Below, piece by piece: positions 8,491-18,356 of a stretch of 64,000 bases of DNA. A program made the position numbers and the translations under genes. The notes beneath the pieces were generated by a model, which saw only the letters and a list, made by a program, of their open reading frames with translations, was not told where the DNA came from and did not search any database. Origin of the DNA: Fibrobacteria bacterium (GTDB lineage Bacteria > Fibrobacterota > Fibrobacteria > UBA11236); contig JBGTHM010000019.1 of assembly GCA_041746255.1 (NCBI GenBank), forward strand, positions 1 through 64,000, in the 5' to 3' direction. Numbering within the stretch: position 1 is the stretch's first letter; the number at the start of each line of letters is the position of its first letter.

Positions 8491-10973
8491 CAGGCTGGAG
8501 TCGAACGCCCAGGATGTTTTTTTTCTAATGGGTCATTCCGGGAAATAATTAGGAATCTGTAGGCGGTGAGCCCCACAACCAAACAAAGCAGCGATCCCAA
8601 ACTTACCCATAATCCTTTTCGGATCCAGGGCGAACGGTATTCCATCACAACCGTATGGGTCCCCGGCTCCAGCGCCACTCCCCGAAAGGCATAGTTGACG
8701 CGTAGAATCTCTACGGGCCTATCGTTGACACGAGCCTGCCAATGCGGGAAATAAAGTTCCGAGAGCACCAGGATTCCCGGTTCCCGGTTCTGCACGGAAT
8801 AGGATAGGCGGTTATAACTCCGGTCTGTGGCGGAGATTTCGGCGGAGGATTGGGCCGGGGCTGGGGCCGCCTTCGGGGCTTGTGCGAGGGCTGCGGCTTC
8901 GGTGGTATCCAGGGCCGAGGTATCGGAGAGAGCGTCATGCCGCGAGGTAGTCGGTGGAGCCGTGATTTGGCGCACTATGCTCGGAGGCGTGGTCTCGCTT
9001 ATGAAAATTCGGGCACGGGGATCGAATCCCGGTTGTAGCATACGCTGGAGAATGACTTCGTCTCCGGCTGTTTCCCAGTCGCCGACGAAATACGCGCGGG
9101 GCAGGGCCGTTTTGTTTTCCGCCAGCTTAAGGCCGGGGTCGTTGGGAATACGGTAACCGAGGTATTTCACGTTCAACATGTCGAGAAATACGCTTCCGGC
9201 AACCGAACCGTCGGAATTTTGCATCAGGCCTTGCATGAAATTCGGATTGCGTTGGTAGTCGCCGCCCCGGTAATTGCGGTAGAGATTGTATTCGTTGTCC
9301 GTAAATCCGTCGACCGTTTCAATGCGGTGGTATTGCATGAAGCTACGCTCGTAGGCGCCTGGTACTCCGAATACACGAAATGGTTCCTTTTCCTGCAGTA
9401 AAAATTCCACCGCGGCCTCGCGCGGCAAAGTGCGACCGACATCGCAAGTCTTGATGAAATTGGAATTGACCCAGATTAGATCCACGGCAGTGAGGGCGAT
9501 GAGCGCAAAGCCGAAGCGAAGGGTATCCTGTTTTTTGAGCAACCACTTCCAGGTGATGAAAACCAAAGCGGCCAAGAGCAGGGCGGCACGAATGGCGCCG
9601 GTTGCGAATAGTGTTGCGTTCTGATTTTGCCGGGCGAAGTTGGCGATGGCCTCGGTATGGACGAATCCATTGTAGAGGCCGTAGGCGGTAGGGGCCGCGA
9701 TTCCGAACAACAGCAACGCGCCTGCTATGGCTAAACCCCATTGCAAAAGCTTTTTGCTCCAGCGGTTGCGAACTTCGGAAGAGGCTTTGGGGATTTCGGT
9801 TACGCACAGTTTGAGCCCCATGGCACTGACCACTAGCAGAGCCGTAGCCAGCCAGAAAAGGATCATGCTGGGCGCGCGAAAGCTTTTGATGCCCGGTATG
9901 AGGTGGTAGAAAATTTGAAAAAAGGGCGTGTTCGCTCCCAGCGCAAAGATAAGCGCGAGCGTGCCGATACCGAACCACAGCCACATCCAGGAACGGCGAA
10001 AAAGCACCAGACTGAATACGCCCAGGAAAAGTACGGACATCCCGGTGTATTCCGAATTCAGCTTGAAGGGATTGCGGCCCCAATAATTTTCGTTGATTCC
10101 ACCGAATTCGGGTACGATGAGCGAGAAGGTTTCCTCCGGGTGCATGGACCAAGAGGTGGCATGCTCCAAGGACTGGCGGTCTCCTTCGCCGCGCACGGAA
10201 AAACCCGCGTTGTATTGGGTGGGCGGGTAGAAAATGAAAAAACACAGTCCCACGCCGAGAAGCACCGGCAGCCAGAACTTTCCCGCCGTAAGGCTGAGCT
10301 GGCCGTATTCCTTTTCGCGCACCAGGGTATAGCTTTTGAAAGCCCATACCAGGAAATAACCCATCAGCACATAATAAGTGAATTGCAAATGCGAAGTGGA
10401 AATGAACAGCGCTACCGTCAAAGCCAGTCCCAGCATATGAAACCAGCGTGCCGAGGCGTCGAGACTGCGCAGAAGGAAGAAAAGGCCCAAGGGCAGCCAC
10501 GCCATGATATAGAATTTGCCCGTATGGCCCGCGTGGATGTGGGAAATGAAATTGGTGTTGAGCATGTAAGCCAAGGCCAGCGGGGCCGCAAGCAGATAAT
10601 CGAGCCCGAAATAGCGGCGCAGCAGGATAAAGGCCGTGAATCCCGCAATGAGAACATGCAATACGAAGTTATAGGAGATGACCGACTCGACCGGCAACAG
10701 CAAGCCGAGCAGGATGAAAACGGGATAGGACGCATCGCCGAACATGGCATCGAAAGTGGGCATGCCGCCTAAGCCGAAAGGATTCCACAAAGGGATTTCG
10801 AACCGGCCCAAGGCATCGAGGTAGAACTTCCAAGCTGGTGAGCCGATTTGATCGGAGGCGAAGAGGATTTGGTCGGAGAACAAGAATTCGTGAAAAGGAA
10901 TCAGGCCGAGCAGAGCGAGCAGGGCCAACCATTTTCCGGGACCCGCTATGAAGTTCAATAGTTTTGCTTTCAC
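8490..10973 (-). CDS. YfhO-family GT-C membrane glycosyltransferase
   Basis: PLWNP..GGMP, many TM helices, LNVKY, LPRAYF, LSELYFPHW and VNYAFRGV..PG.H motifs. Confidence 0.88.
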   Translation of the reverse strand: MKAKLLNFIAGPGKWLALLALLGLIPFHEFLFSDQILFASDQIGSPAWKFYLDALGRFEIPLWNPFGLGGMPTFDAMFGDASYPVFILLGLLLPVESVISYNFVLHVLIAGFTAFILLRRYFGLDYLLAAPLALAYMLNTNFISHIHAGHTGKFYIMAWLPLGLFFLLRSLDASARWFHMLGLALTVALFISTSHLQFTYYVLMGYFLVWAFKSYTLVREKEYGQLSLTAGKFWLPVLLGVGLCFFIFYPPTQYNAGFSVRGEGDRQSLEHATSWSMHPEETFSLIVPEFGGINENYWGRNPFKLNSEYTGMSVLFLGVFSLVLFRRSWMWLWFGIGTLALIFALGANTPFFQIFYHLIPGIKSFRAPSMILFWLATALLVVSAMGLKLCVTEIPKASSEVRNRWSKKLLQWGLAIAGALLLFGIAAPTAYGLYNGFVHTEAIANFARQNQNATLFATGAIRAALLLAALVFITWKWLLKKQDTLRFGFALIALTAVDLIWVNSNFIKTCDVGRTLPREAAVEFLLQEKEPFRVFGVPGAYERSFMQYHRIETVDGFTDNEYNLYRNYRGGDYQRNPNFMQGLMQNSDGSVAGSVFLDMLNVKYLGYRIPNDPGLKLAENKTALPRAYFVGDWETAGDEVILQRMLQPGFDPRARIFISETTPPSIVRQITAPPTTSRHDALSDTSALDTTEAAALAQAPKAAPAPAQSSAEISATDRSYNRLSYSVQNREPGILVLSELYFPHWQARVNDRPVEILRVNYAFRGVALEPGTHTVVMEYRSPWIRKGLWVSLGSLLCLVVGLTAYRFLIISRNDPLEKKHPGRSTPA

Positions 10974-11011
10974 AGGCGGATAAATTAGGAAAATACCCCC
11001 GTGGGGTCTAA

Positions 11012-11190
11012 GAGTGCCTAACAGAATGGGGTTCTACTACGGCCGGCTACGAAAGTCCAGGGCGTCGTTCTCGGCCGTTCAAACCCATCGACGTGGCCTC
11101 CAGCCACGCCTTCAAGGTTCTCAAGGCCTCGGGCCTCGCCCTGAACTTCCTCGCTCGCCCTCGCTACAAACCCCATTCTGTTAGGCACTC
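11012..11190. mobile_element. MITE, 179 bp, IS5-family (IS1031-like) ends
   Basis: Terminal inverted repeats GAGTGCCTAACAGAATGGGGTT/AACCCCATTCTGTTAGGCACTC with TAA on both flanks. A second copy lies at 37977. Confidence 0.85.
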
Positions 11191-11266
11191 TAAGGCACGC
11201 CAAAGTCTTAAGGCAGGGACCACATAAATGCCACCCTAGCCTATTCGGTTGTGACCGGCAGATATC

Positions 11267-12730
11267 CTACGGATTTGCTGAATCGGCGGGAATGCGAAAT
11301 AAGAACATTCTGTCGGAGGACTTGGTATCGGGGGACAAGATCCATCCTCCTTCGACGCGCAGAAGGGGCATCTGGATTCGCCTACCATTCAAATGGAAAA
11401 ATTCGGGCATTTCCCCTCTTCCATTATCCGGAAAAAACCGCCCCGGTCGGGCAATTCTTATCGCCGGACGAAGACCCGGGTATGGAGTCAAGGCGGTGCT
11501 TTGGTTTAAATTCATGACAATCGGTCTTGCGAGACTCCAGTCGGATTCCCTAACTCCGGCCGACACTTTACCCAATCCATTTGGCTCGGCTTTGAATAGT
11601 CGAGCGCGCCAGAAAATCGCTCCCAGGTATGGCCCGATTTTCTGCAAATCATCCGCTTGCAACTGAAAACAGGTATCGGTCACGATGAAGGATAATATGG
11701 GATTGGCAAAGGTGGCATCCTTCGCGAATTCGACGACAATACTGTCCCCAGCCTGCAAGGTGGGAAGAAAAGCAGGATTAACGCAGCCTCCATGGGCGAT
11801 GATCTTGAATCGGAAGGGAGAATCGCCCTTCACCACTTGTCCGGGTTCAGGAAACATTGGCTGAATAACACCCTTGCACAAGGTTTCGTGGATCTCCGGG
11901 GCAAAGGTTTTTTTGTACAATCCGCGGATCTCGGCTTCCGTCAATGCCCCATCCCTGACGCGCACAAAGTCTAACACCCCATCGAAATGTCGGGAGTCGA
12001 AGCTCTCGGTGGTGCGCGCCCCGACATAAGCTACCACAATACTATCCAGGTTCGGAGCCACACCTTGCCCCAATATTCTCCACATATCGGTCGCATCAAT
12101 ACCGTTCAGGTAAATGCGCATGTTTTCGCCGTCCCAAACCGCTACCATATGCGTCCAAACATTCAATTCAATGCATCGGTCGGTGACCACCGTTTTCCAA
12201 GATCGGTCGGAATCACTCCTGGCCATGGCGAATGCCGCGAAGCATTGCGAAAAGTTCCCCCTCTCAATGTGGGTGAAGGCAGTCATCGAAGCGTTCCATT
12301 CCTCTTCGGACGCATACGCCTTCTTGTCGAGCACCGGGTAGAGATAGCTGCCTCCCACCCTGAAGGCGAAGCCTTGGGATGGCCCATTGTCCCAGGTTGC
12401 GGTATTCAATATATCCGCGACAAAACGGCTGCTTTCCGGACCATAGTTACGGAGGATAAAGCGTGCCTCTATAGTAAAAGGGCCTGTCGGATGGGCGAAT
12501 TCGGGAAACTGGATCAATCCGGATTTTCCGAAGTCGGCTACGCCTGAAAACTCAGAGGAGGAATGTACGTCATTGAGGAGAATACCGTCAGGCAATCCAT
12601 TTGATTGACGGTGCAAGGCTGCGCTGTCGCTGAATTCCAGATGCAAGCGGTCTTTTCCAGCGATTCCGGAACTTGCAGCCATGAGAATAATGGAGATGCT
12701 TATCGTCAGGAATGATAACCGCATGACCAT
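11267..12730 (-). CDS. Secreted LamG/ConA-like domain protein with T9SS-like tail
   Basis: Signal peptide; FTIEA, WTHMVAVWDG..MRIYLNG and FDGVLDFVRV..ALT motifs; FHLNGR tail. Confidence 0.8.
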   Translation of the reverse strand: MVMRLSFLTISISIILMAASSGIAGKDRLHLEFSDSAALHRQSNGLPDGILLNDVHSSSEFSGVADFGKSGLIQFPEFAHPTGPFTIEARFILRNYGPESSRFVADILNTATWDNGPSQGFAFRVGGSYLYPVLDKKAYASEEEWNASMTAFTHIERGNFSQCFAAFAMARSDSDRSWKTVVTDRCIELNVWTHMVAVWDGENMRIYLNGIDATDMWRILGQGVAPNLDSIVVAYVGARTTESFDSRHFDGVLDFVRVRDGALTEAEIRGLYKKTFAPEIHETLCKGVIQPMFPEPGQVVKGDSPFRFKIIAHGGCVNPAFLPTLQAGDSIVVEFAKDATFANPILSFIVTDTCFQLQADDLQKIGPYLGAIFWRARLFKAEPNGLGKVSAGVRESDWSLARPIVMNLNQSTALTPYPGLRPAIRIARPGRFFPDNGRGEMPEFFHLNGRRIQMPLLRVEGGWILSPDTKSSDRMFLFRIPADSANP

Positions 12731-12942
12731 AGCCCCATCCTTTACTGCGAGTATATTACGTTACGGTAAATCCTAAGATAATATCATAATCCCATTCCCT
12801 GTTCCTGTTAAATGCGTATTTTCCCGGAGGTCCATAAATTTCTCCAAAAACATGCCTTTTATCACTTTAGGTACCATGAAAAGTGATGCATTTGTGGAAG
12901 CCGGGTCAATTTACCGCATTAAGGTTGATGGGAATGTGGCTC

Positions 12943-14973
12943 TTAAGGAACGCCGAATGCCCGCAATCCCTGCACTAAAAGCACGGTTAAGACATAGGCC
13001 CCGCCCGTATAGACCACCAATTGCAAGATCGGGATTCTCCAGGCACCGGTTTCCTGACGGGCTACCGCTACGGTGGGAAAGCATTGCAAGGCGATCATGA
13101 AAAAGAGCGCCATTCCCAGTACGGAGGAAAGCGTGAAAATGGGCTCGCCCGTATCCATGAAGCGCACTTCCGACATGGTGGAAAGGAGCCGAGTCGTCAA
13201 GCCGTCTTCGTCCTGATCATCGACATGGTACATCAGCACCAAGGCGCTTACGAACACCTCACGGGCAGCGAACCCACTGATTAGCGCGACGCCACCTCGC
13301 CAGTCCAATCCCATGGGGCGGGTTATGGGCTCGATGAACTTTCCGATTTGGGCCGCATAGGAGTTCGAAACGGCGACGTATTCACTGCTTAGCTCGCTGT
13401 TGTTCGCGCCCACTTCGCTGGGGGAAGGAATGGGTGTATGCGTCAATACCCACAAGGATAACGAAATAATGACGATAGTGAGGCCGGCCTTACGGATGTA
13501 CTGGGAAGCTTTGTGGAAAGTAGAGGAAATCACGACTGTGAACATGGGGTGCCGCAGCGCGGGAAGCTCCAGAATAAAACCGGAGTTCGTGCGGTTTTTT
13601 CGGAAGCGGCTGATGAAGGAGGACACGGCCGCGCCCATAACCATTCCCATGAAATAAAGCGCGGTCAAGCCTAAGCCGCCGATCCACGGCTTGTCCTTGG
13701 GAGTGATAAACGCCAGCAATAGGGCATAGACGGGTAGGCGCGCGCTGCAGCTCATCAAAGGAATGATGAAGATGGTGAGATTTCGCTCGAAACGATTGGG
13801 TATGGTGCGCGCGGCCATCATGGCGGGAATCGCACAAGCATAACCCGATAATAAGGGCACGAAGGATTTGCCGTTGAGGCCTATCTTAGACAAGGGGCGG
13901 TCGACCAAGGCCGCTCCGCGCGCCAGATAGCCCGAATCTTCCAGGTAACCCATGGCTAAGAACAAAATGACGATTTGCGGAAGGAAAACCAGCACCGCTC
14001 CGATGCCGCCGATCAAGCCGTCGGCGAACATATCGGTCAGCCAGCTTGCGGGGAGAATGTCTTTGGCCGTATCGATAAGGAGTCCGAAACCCAAATCGAT
14101 TAGGTCCATAAAGGGTGCGGCGAACCAGAAAATGGCGGTGAAAATGACGAACATGGACGCGATGAACAAAGCCAGGCCGTAAAAGGGGTGTAGCAGCCAG
14201 CGGTCGAGGGCATGGGGGTCGAATACTTTTGGTGTCGAGGTTTTATCGTCGGAAACGATATCTTCCATCACCAGGCTTTCGATTTCGTCGAGGGCCCGGT
14301 AATATGCGTGAATACGCTCCTCGTTCATTTCCTTAGAAAATTGGGCATAATCCGAACGGGTTTTCCGGTCGGGAGCGGCGCATCCGCAATCATTGTCGGT
14401 GAGCAGCCGTTGTAATTCGGGTATTCCCTGCTTGCGCCGGGGGTCGAGAGCCACCACGGGAAGGTCCATAACCTGCGAGAGCTTTTGGATGTTAATCCGT
14501 TTCCCCTTGGCCGCCAGCAAGTCGGACATGGTGAGCACCACCACGGGTTTCAAATCGAGGTCTTGCAATTGCTTGACCAGGTAGAGGTGGCGCGAAAGCT
14601 GGTTGCCATCGACCACGGCCACCACTTTATCGGGTCGATTGGAGCCCTCGAAAAGGGCGTCTACGGTCACCTTTTCATCGGGCGAGGCGGGGATCAGGCT
14701 GGTAAGGCCGGGCGTATCCATGACGCGGCAGGGGAGTCCGGGCAGCATCTTGCCCATGCCCAGGGCGAATTCGACAGTGGCGCCTGGATAATTGACCGTC
14801 GTGTAGTTCGAACCCGTGAGTTGGTTGAAAAGCGTGGTCTTACCGGAATTGGCGGATCCCACCAAGGCTACCAGGGGTAACGTTGCAGGAACTCCCGGTA
14901 TGGTGCCGGATTGGGAAGGCTTTACTTCAGAACTCGAATGCACCACGCTTGGCTCTTTCTCAGCGCGATGCAC
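12943..14973 (-). CDS. feoB: Ferrous iron transporter B
   Basis: GSANSGKT, NYPGATVE, DTPG, LEDSGYLAR, MSCSARLP and AREVF motifs. The true start may be slightly downstream. Confidence 0.95.
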   Translation of the reverse strand: MHRAEKEPSVVHSSSEVKPSQSGTIPGVPATLPLVALVGSANSGKTTLFNQLTGSNYTTVNYPGATVEFALGMGKMLPGLPCRVMDTPGLTSLIPASPDEKVTVDALFEGSNRPDKVVAVVDGNQLSRHLYLVKQLQDLDLKPVVVLTMSDLLAAKGKRINIQKLSQVMDLPVVALDPRRKQGIPELQRLLTDNDCGCAAPDRKTRSDYAQFSKEMNEERIHAYYRALDEIESLVMEDIVSDDKTSTPKVFDPHALDRWLLHPFYGLALFIASMFVIFTAIFWFAAPFMDLIDLGFGLLIDTAKDILPASWLTDMFADGLIGGIGAVLVFLPQIVILFLAMGYLEDSGYLARGAALVDRPLSKIGLNGKSFVPLLSGYACAIPAMMAARTIPNRFERNLTIFIIPLMSCSARLPVYALLLAFITPKDKPWIGGLGLTALYFMGMVMGAAVSSFISRFRKNRTNSGFILELPALRHPMFTVVISSTFHKASQYIRKAGLTIVIISLSLWVLTHTPIPSPSEVGANNSELSSEYVAVSNSYAAQIGKFIEPITRPMGLDWRGGVALISGFAAREVFVSALVLMYHVDDQDEDGLTTRLLSTMSEVRFMDTGEPIFTLSSVLGMALFFMIALQCFPTVAVARQETGAWRIPILQLVVYTGGAYVLTVLLVQGLRAFGVP

Positions 14974-15218
14974 GTTCCTCGAAGTGAATAGATGAAGGGA
15001 TCACCGAAGGGGGTGGACATGAGGAAGGTGACGGGGCTGCCGGCGACGAATCCCAATTCCATCAAATGCATTTTAAGCGCCGGTTCGGCTTCGATGCGGA
15101 GTACGGTTCCGCATTGACCGGGCTGAAGCGAGTCGAGGGAAACCTCCTGCTTCGTAGTGGCCTCCAAGTCCACAGGAACCGCTTCTGCCGGGAAAGTATT
15201 TTGAAGAATTTTTACCAT
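14922..15218 (-). CDS. feoA: Ferrous iron transport protein A
   Basis: LMELGF..G and PFGDP...RG...ALRK motifs; directly upstream of feoB. Confidence 0.92.
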   Translation of the reverse strand: MVKILQNTFPAEAVPVDLEATTKQEVSLDSLQPGQCGTVLRIEAEPALKMHLMELGFVAGSPVTFLMSTPFGDPFIYSLRGTCIALRKSQAWCIRVLK

Positions 15219-15249
15219 GGTTGTGCCATCGGGAATCAGGTTGTTCCCT

Positions 15250-15293
15250 AATTTAACTAGGTGGAGAGGAAAAAATCAAGACCAAGTCTCAAT
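15250..15293 (-). promoter_or_regulatory. Candidate feoA promoter with overlapping 19-bp imperfect palindrome
   Basis: On the minus strand, TTGATT-N18-TAAATT. ATTGAGAC-TTG-GTCTTGAT (15275-15293) overlaps the -35 element. Confidence 0.4.
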
Positions 15294-15465
15294 CTCGGAA
15301 AGGGCTAGGCCATCAGGACTTTCCTCAAAAAAGTCATTTGGAAGCCGTTTGGGGAATCGGGATAGGGATTTTTACGCTAAAAAAGGGATTATCTGGGGTT
15401 GCGGGGTGACGCAACCCGCCACTTACGCTCAAGGATTTAATTCGACCGGGAAGGTTTTTTCGCTG

Positions 15466-16470
15466 TCAAATCGTCACATCCCAGGAAAGTACGGTCCCAA
15501 AGAGGTCTTTCACCTCGGGGTTATCTACGCGCTCCACCAGCCATTTGAGCCGTCGCTCTCCCGGAGCGATATGCTGCTCGAAGGCGGTAATGCCCTTGAC
15601 CCGACTTAAAAAGCAATAAGCCCCCAGTGCTTGCATGATGCGTTGTAATCCCGCCTGGTAAAACTCCTGGGTGAAAAGCGGTAACGCCGGTGGAGCGACA
15701 GACTTCTCGTGGTGGAAGCGAAGCAGGGCGTCGAGAGAAGTATCGTCCAACTCCACATAGGGATCGAGAAGCAGTGAGGCCAAATCGTAATAGATAGAGC
15801 CCAAACGGCTGCCCTGAAAATCAATCACTCGGATGATATGAAAGGGTTGCACCATGATGTTCTGCGATTGAAAATCGCGATGCATGATGGATTTGGGTTG
15901 TAAGTTGACCCTCTGGGCGAGGCTGAGAAAGACCTCGTCCATCTTCCCTTTTTCAGGGGTGGTGAATTTGCGGCCGCGATGGCCTTCCCAATACTGGGTT
16001 AAGAAATAATTGCTCTCCCATAATAACTCGGGAATGCCGAATACCCGTGAATGGATATCCGGACTTTCATCCTGGCGCTGATAGCAGCGGGTTTGCAAGT
16101 CGAGCAGAGTCATCATCACTTTTTGATAGGCCTCTAGGGTTTCGTCCGGTTTGGTCCGGATCAAATCACCCAGGCTAATATCGCCCAGGTCTTCGAGCAC
16201 CACTTGCTGGGAAGGGTCGTCGATGCAATAGACGCGGGGCACGGGAAAGTCCATGAGGCGGTAGAATTGCGTGATGCGTAAAAATCGTCCGAAGTCCTGA
16301 TCGTCCGGGGGGGAAACCAGAATGATGAAACTGACCTTGCCTTGACGCATGCGGTAATAAGCCCGGCGCGAACCGGCCATGCCGGCCAGGTGGATATCGG
16401 CTTTTTCGTCGATACCATGTTGGCGGAGAAAATCGGAGATGACGGGGGCTAGAAAGGAGTGGTGGAGCAT
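15466..16470 (-). CDS. APH-family anomeric sugar kinase, AmgK-like
   Basis: GSRRAYYR, LEDLGD, HRDFQSQNIM, IDFQG, YDLASLL.DPY and QR.MQALGAY motifs. Confidence 0.85.
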   Translation of the reverse strand: MLHHSFLAPVISDFLRQHGIDEKADIHLAGMAGSRRAYYRMRQGKVSFIILVSPPDDQDFGRFLRITQFYRLMDFPVPRVYCIDDPSQQVVLEDLGDISLGDLIRTKPDETLEAYQKVMMTLLDLQTRCYQRQDESPDIHSRVFGIPELLWESNYFLTQYWEGHRGRKFTTPEKGKMDEVFLSLAQRVNLQPKSIMHRDFQSQNIMVQPFHIIRVIDFQGSRLGSIYYDLASLLLDPYVELDDTSLDALLRFHHEKSVAPPALPLFTQEFYQAGLQRIMQALGAYCFLSRVKGITAFEQHIAPGERRLKWLVERVDNPEVKDLFGTVLSWDVTI

Positions 16471-16608
16471 GGGGGAAATCTAGGAATTTACTCCGACCTG
16501 TTTCATATCAATTTCCCGTGATGACCCGGAATATTTTCTTCCGCCGCCATCCCGTTAACGCGAAAATTTCGCTGACCTTGGGTTTCGTCAACACTTTCAC
16601 GGGACGGA

Positions 16609-17544
16609 TTATTCAACATCACTCGCACCAAGACTCAATACGCGGTCGAGTTTTTCCACGGCCTTCATACGTTTGCGCCTGTCCATTTTAGCCAAGTTGA
16701 GAATCTTCCACCGAATCGCGGGAAGATCTTTCGCGAATGGATATGCAAAGGCTTCCCAATCCGGCTTCCCCAGTTTGAAATCAAGCAGAAAGCGACGATC
16801 TTCCTCCGTTAGCACCGTATGTAGATTCGTGATTAGTTCGCGCCGTGTTTCTTCAAGGTCTTCCATGGCAACGGCATCGCGGGTCATTCCGGTAAATTCG
16901 ACTTCGAATAGTCTTCGGATTTCTTTGGGATTCGGGTCGAGGATTTCCGCGAGTGGACGATCTCCGGACATCAGGTAGACCAGGAAAACGTTCTTGAGGA
17001 TCTCACTTATACCCTCGTTCCTCAAAAGTGATCGTACGTCGTAAAAGTCGCGGGGATGCTGCCGGCTCAAGGCGGCGCAAAGTTTGCCCGCGTATACTTC
17101 CTCAAAGGCAAGGACGGGAACCCGCGCCCAGCCGAATTCTTGCTGCACGACCGGCGACAACTCACGGGTTTCCACGGGCAGAACGTTGCCGCGCAGTACC
17201 GGAGAGACTTCAATCTTGACCACGGTGTTTCGGCGGCGAATGGTGAGCTTGAGCGCGGCTTTGAAGGAGGCGTGCGTCTCGGCGAGGACAGTCGTATCCG
17301 GAATTCTGTGTTCGATTTCGTGGGCGAGCGAACGAATACCCTGGTCGATACCCGCCATGCTGGTGACGAAGTCCTGTATCGGAAGATAAACCAGATCGAT
17401 ATCCACTGACAGGCGAGGCAGGTCGCGGAAAAAAAGGTTAATGGCGGTGCCACCTTTCAGTCCGAACTCGGGCCGCGTCGCAAGTGACGGTAGCACGGCG
17501 ACGAGCAGCCGTACCTGTTCAGTATAAAAGTTGTTCATTTCCAC
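16609..17544 (-). CDS. Type IV TA toxin, AbiEii-family nucleotidyltransferase
   Basis: LKGGTAINLF..PRLSVDIDL and GKLCAALSRQHPRDFYD motifs. Confidence 0.92.
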   Translation of the reverse strand: MEMNNFYTEQVRLLVAVLPSLATRPEFGLKGGTAINLFFRDLPRLSVDIDLVYLPIQDFVTSMAGIDQGIRSLAHEIEHRIPDTTVLAETHASFKAALKLTIRRRNTVVKIEVSPVLRGNVLPVETRELSPVVQQEFGWARVPVLAFEEVYAGKLCAALSRQHPRDFYDVRSLLRNEGISEILKNVFLVYLMSGDRPLAEILDPNPKEIRRLFEVEFTGMTRDAVAMEDLEETRRELITNLHTVLTEEDRRFLLDFKLGKPDWEAFAYPFAKDLPAIRWKILNLAKMDRRKRMKAVEKLDRVLSLGASDVE

Positions 17545-18340
17545 GTGTCATGCTCTTTGGGACGGTGATTTCGTACTGGCTGTCAAACGAGCCGCCACGC
17601 ACGAGCATACGTTTTCCCTTGCCCAGTTCGATGCGATCCCGGTCGATCTCAGCGTACCACTGATGCCCGTGCCGCGCTCCGAACCAGAGGAGCAGACGTT
17701 TGGCTTTGATGCTTTTACAGGAAGCCAATAGGTCTTTAAGGAGCATCGGGCGGAGAGACGCGGCAGCCTCGAAGATTTTATCCGCCTGCTCAAAGTCGGC
17801 TTCATCTTTAAGGCCGTCCAATAATTCCAGAAAGGCGAGTTCGGGGGTGGAGTGCGGGATGGGCCAGTCCCATGTTCCGAAAAGTTTGGTCGTGACGGCG
17901 GCAGGTATATGGGTCTGAAACCGGGGACGGGGGTGCACAGTGAAGGAAAAATTGACTGCTGGCGGTTTCATGCTCGACCCGTTACGTTCCAGATGGGAAA
18001 ATTTTCCGACCCAGGCGGGTAAATTGAGGGCGCCATACAGGTCAATTTTGGGATTTCCGGAGATATTCAGGTAATGCGCCATTCCGGATTGAACCAGCGC
18101 GCTGTGGCCGCCGACATGGACGTGATAATCCATTCGGTTGAGGGAATAAACGAGGTGTTCCCATTTTAGGGGGGGGCCGGGGCGGCGGTACACGCCCCGT
18201 ACCACTACTTCAAGTCTTTGGGATCGGAGGGCGGCATCCACCCGGGGACCGGAGTAGCCGTGCTTGAGCAGCCAAGCGCGTTCGGCCAACTGTCCTTCGG
18301 AAACGAGTTTTTCAAGTGGCGGGATGGAGTTGGGTTTCAC
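17519..18340 (-). CDS. Type IV TA antitoxin, AbiEi family
   Basis: N-terminal wHTH (RGVYRR), HVGG.SAL..G.AHYL, STPELA.LE, LL..CKS.KAKRL and LGKGKR motifs. Overlaps the toxin start. GTG 18340 is preferred over 18385. Confidence 0.9.
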   Translation of the reverse strand: MKPNSIPPLEKLVSEGQLAERAWLLKHGYSGPRVDAALRSQRLEVVVRGVYRRPGPPLKWEHLVYSLNRMDYHVHVGGHSALVQSGMAHYLNISGNPKIDLYGALNLPAWVGKFSHLERNGSSMKPPAVNFSFTVHPRPRFQTHIPAAVTTKLFGTWDWPIPHSTPELAFLELLDGLKDEADFEQADKIFEAAASLRPMLLKDLLASCKSIKAKRLLLWFGARHGHQWYAEIDRDRIELGKGKRMLVRGGSFDSQYEITVPKSMTRGNEQLLY

Positions 18341-18356
18341 GGTTTTTCTTTGAGAT

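Noticed and set aside
9343..10772. Long alternative-frame ORFs (385 aa minus, 289 aa plus) inside yfhO
   Set aside because: No motifs; typical shadow ORFs of GC-rich coding DNA.
11018..11203. 61-aa ORF
   Set aside because: Lies almost entirely within the MITE.
4028..18176. A8 (4028), T8 (6006) and G8 (18169) homopolymers as phase-variation tracts
   Set aside because: Too short, in-frame and expected by chance.
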